A DNA stretch of 64,000 nt from Octopus sinensis. Taxonomy: Eukaryota. Below are positions 62,746-64,000 of the stretch, piece by piece; the stretch's first letter is position 1; the number at the start of each line of letters is the position of its first letter. The notes beneath the pieces were generated by a model. That model saw only the letters and a list, made by a program, of their open reading frames with translations, ran no database searches and was not told where the DNA came from. The stretch lies in NCBI RefSeq assembly GCF_006345805.1, contig NC_043000.1, forward strand, positions 16,492,001 through 16,556,000, in the 5' to 3' direction. The translations under genes and the position numbers were made by a program.

Positions 62746-63219
62746 AGTGTGTGTGTGTGTGTGTGAGTGAGACGATGATGGATTTTGCTTAACTGGGTTC
62801 ACTCAAGCTGTTAGGTGCCTGAAGGCTATATTAGAAAACCTTGCGGTGAGGCAACAGAAAGCCATGCAATCAGGATGGAAACTTAACCATGTCTGTGCCT
62901 ATCAGTTCTCTGCTTTAAAAGCATGGGTTTATCATAGGTCTGCTGGATTGAGGCTGGTCTAGAAGTATTTATTGGTTATATTGAAAGCAAAATAAATTGG
63001 TTAATATATCTTAGCTTTCAGTCATTCAACTGTGTTCATGCTGGAGTGCTTTCTTGAATGATTTCAGTCTTTGTTTTTAATGTTTGATACTAATTTTGTC
63101 AATCTCTTTTGCCAAACCAATAACCTACAAACTTGTCAAGTGATGGTGGACAAACACACATGATGGGCTTGTTTCCATCTACCAGATCCACTCATGGCCT
63201 TGGTCAGCCTGAGGCTATA

Positions 63220-64000
63220 CGAGGGACGTTCAATGAGTAATGCCTCTGACCCACTTGCAGATGTTTGATCTAGCTGAAATTTTGCATATAGATTAAGTGG
63301 CAAATTACAGCTCTGAACTAATTGTGGTTTCTGACTTACAGGTATTTGAACTGAGTCAAGTGTGAAATGGAGCCTGTTGAGTGTCGAGCAGTGATCCAGT
63401 TTTTGTATTTGAAAGGACGCACACCAAGGGAGACTTTTGATGAAATGAAAGGAACTTATGGTGATGATGCCCAATCATATGACCTTGTAAAACGTGAATT
63501 CAAACATGGTCGGAACTCTGTGGGAACAACTCCCATATCTGGTCGCCCCCCTTCTGCCATTGATGAGGCATCTGTCCGTGAAGTTGAGGCTGCCATTTTG
63601 GAAGATTGACGCATAACTATTTGCCAAATAGCCCATGAGGTCAAGAATAGTACCGAGTCTGTGGAAACTATCATTCATGATCATTTGCATATGCAAAAGG
63701 TGTCTGCCAGATGGATTCCCAGGTTGCTCACACCTTTCCAGAAGCAAGAACACGTTGAGTGCTCGAGGATGAATTTGGAGATGTGCCAAGAAGATGAGTC
63801 AAAATTTTTCAAAAGACTGATTACACAGGATGAAACCTGGGTCCATCACTATGATCCAGAGACCAAAGCCCAGTCAATGCAGTGGAAGCACCGTGACTTA
63901 CCTCCTCCAAAGAAGGCAAGGTCATGCTCATAGTCTTCTGGGACCTGGACGGAGTAGTAATGACAGATTCCCTGGCAAAGGGTACCACAATTATGCTTCA
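63220..64000 (+). pseudogene. Mariner element 5' part (runs off the window), inserted at a TA inside a degenerate family B SINE
   Basis: TA|CGAGGG terminus; MEPVECRAVIQFL HTH, SGRP, KVSARWIPRLL, ITQDETWVHHYDPE; in-frame stop at about 63609. Confidence 0.9.

Overview
AT-rich, repeat-dense eukaryotic genomic DNA whose SINE/RTE repertoire and microsatellite load point to an octopus (species not determinable). There is one intact host gene: RPS27A (ubiquitin-40S ribosomal protein eS31 fusion, 157 aa, + strand, 5 exons, about 44045-54730, 5'-TOP start). Its introns carry box C/D snoRNAs: two U58/SNORD58-type copies and four copies of a guide matching the 28S UGAAACACGGA segment (SNORD126-type register). 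One of those four has a rewritten guide. A possible non-coding spliced partner lies head-to-head with the gene. The rest is layered transposon debris: tRNA-derived SINEs, about 15 3' ends of an RTE LINE, CR1-type LINEs, a 5'-truncated Gypsy/Ty3 element with one LTR, three mariner relics, Tc1/maT fragments, Helitrons, and piggyBac-type and Mutator-type MITEs. The most striking unannotated signal is five loci with minimal type I hammerhead ribozyme motifs of the Penelope-like kind. Three of them sit in outward-facing fold-back palindromes, and one appears to be a natural G3:C8 core-covariant. All calls are by eye; family names and rRNA targets come from recalled consensus sequences, not searches.
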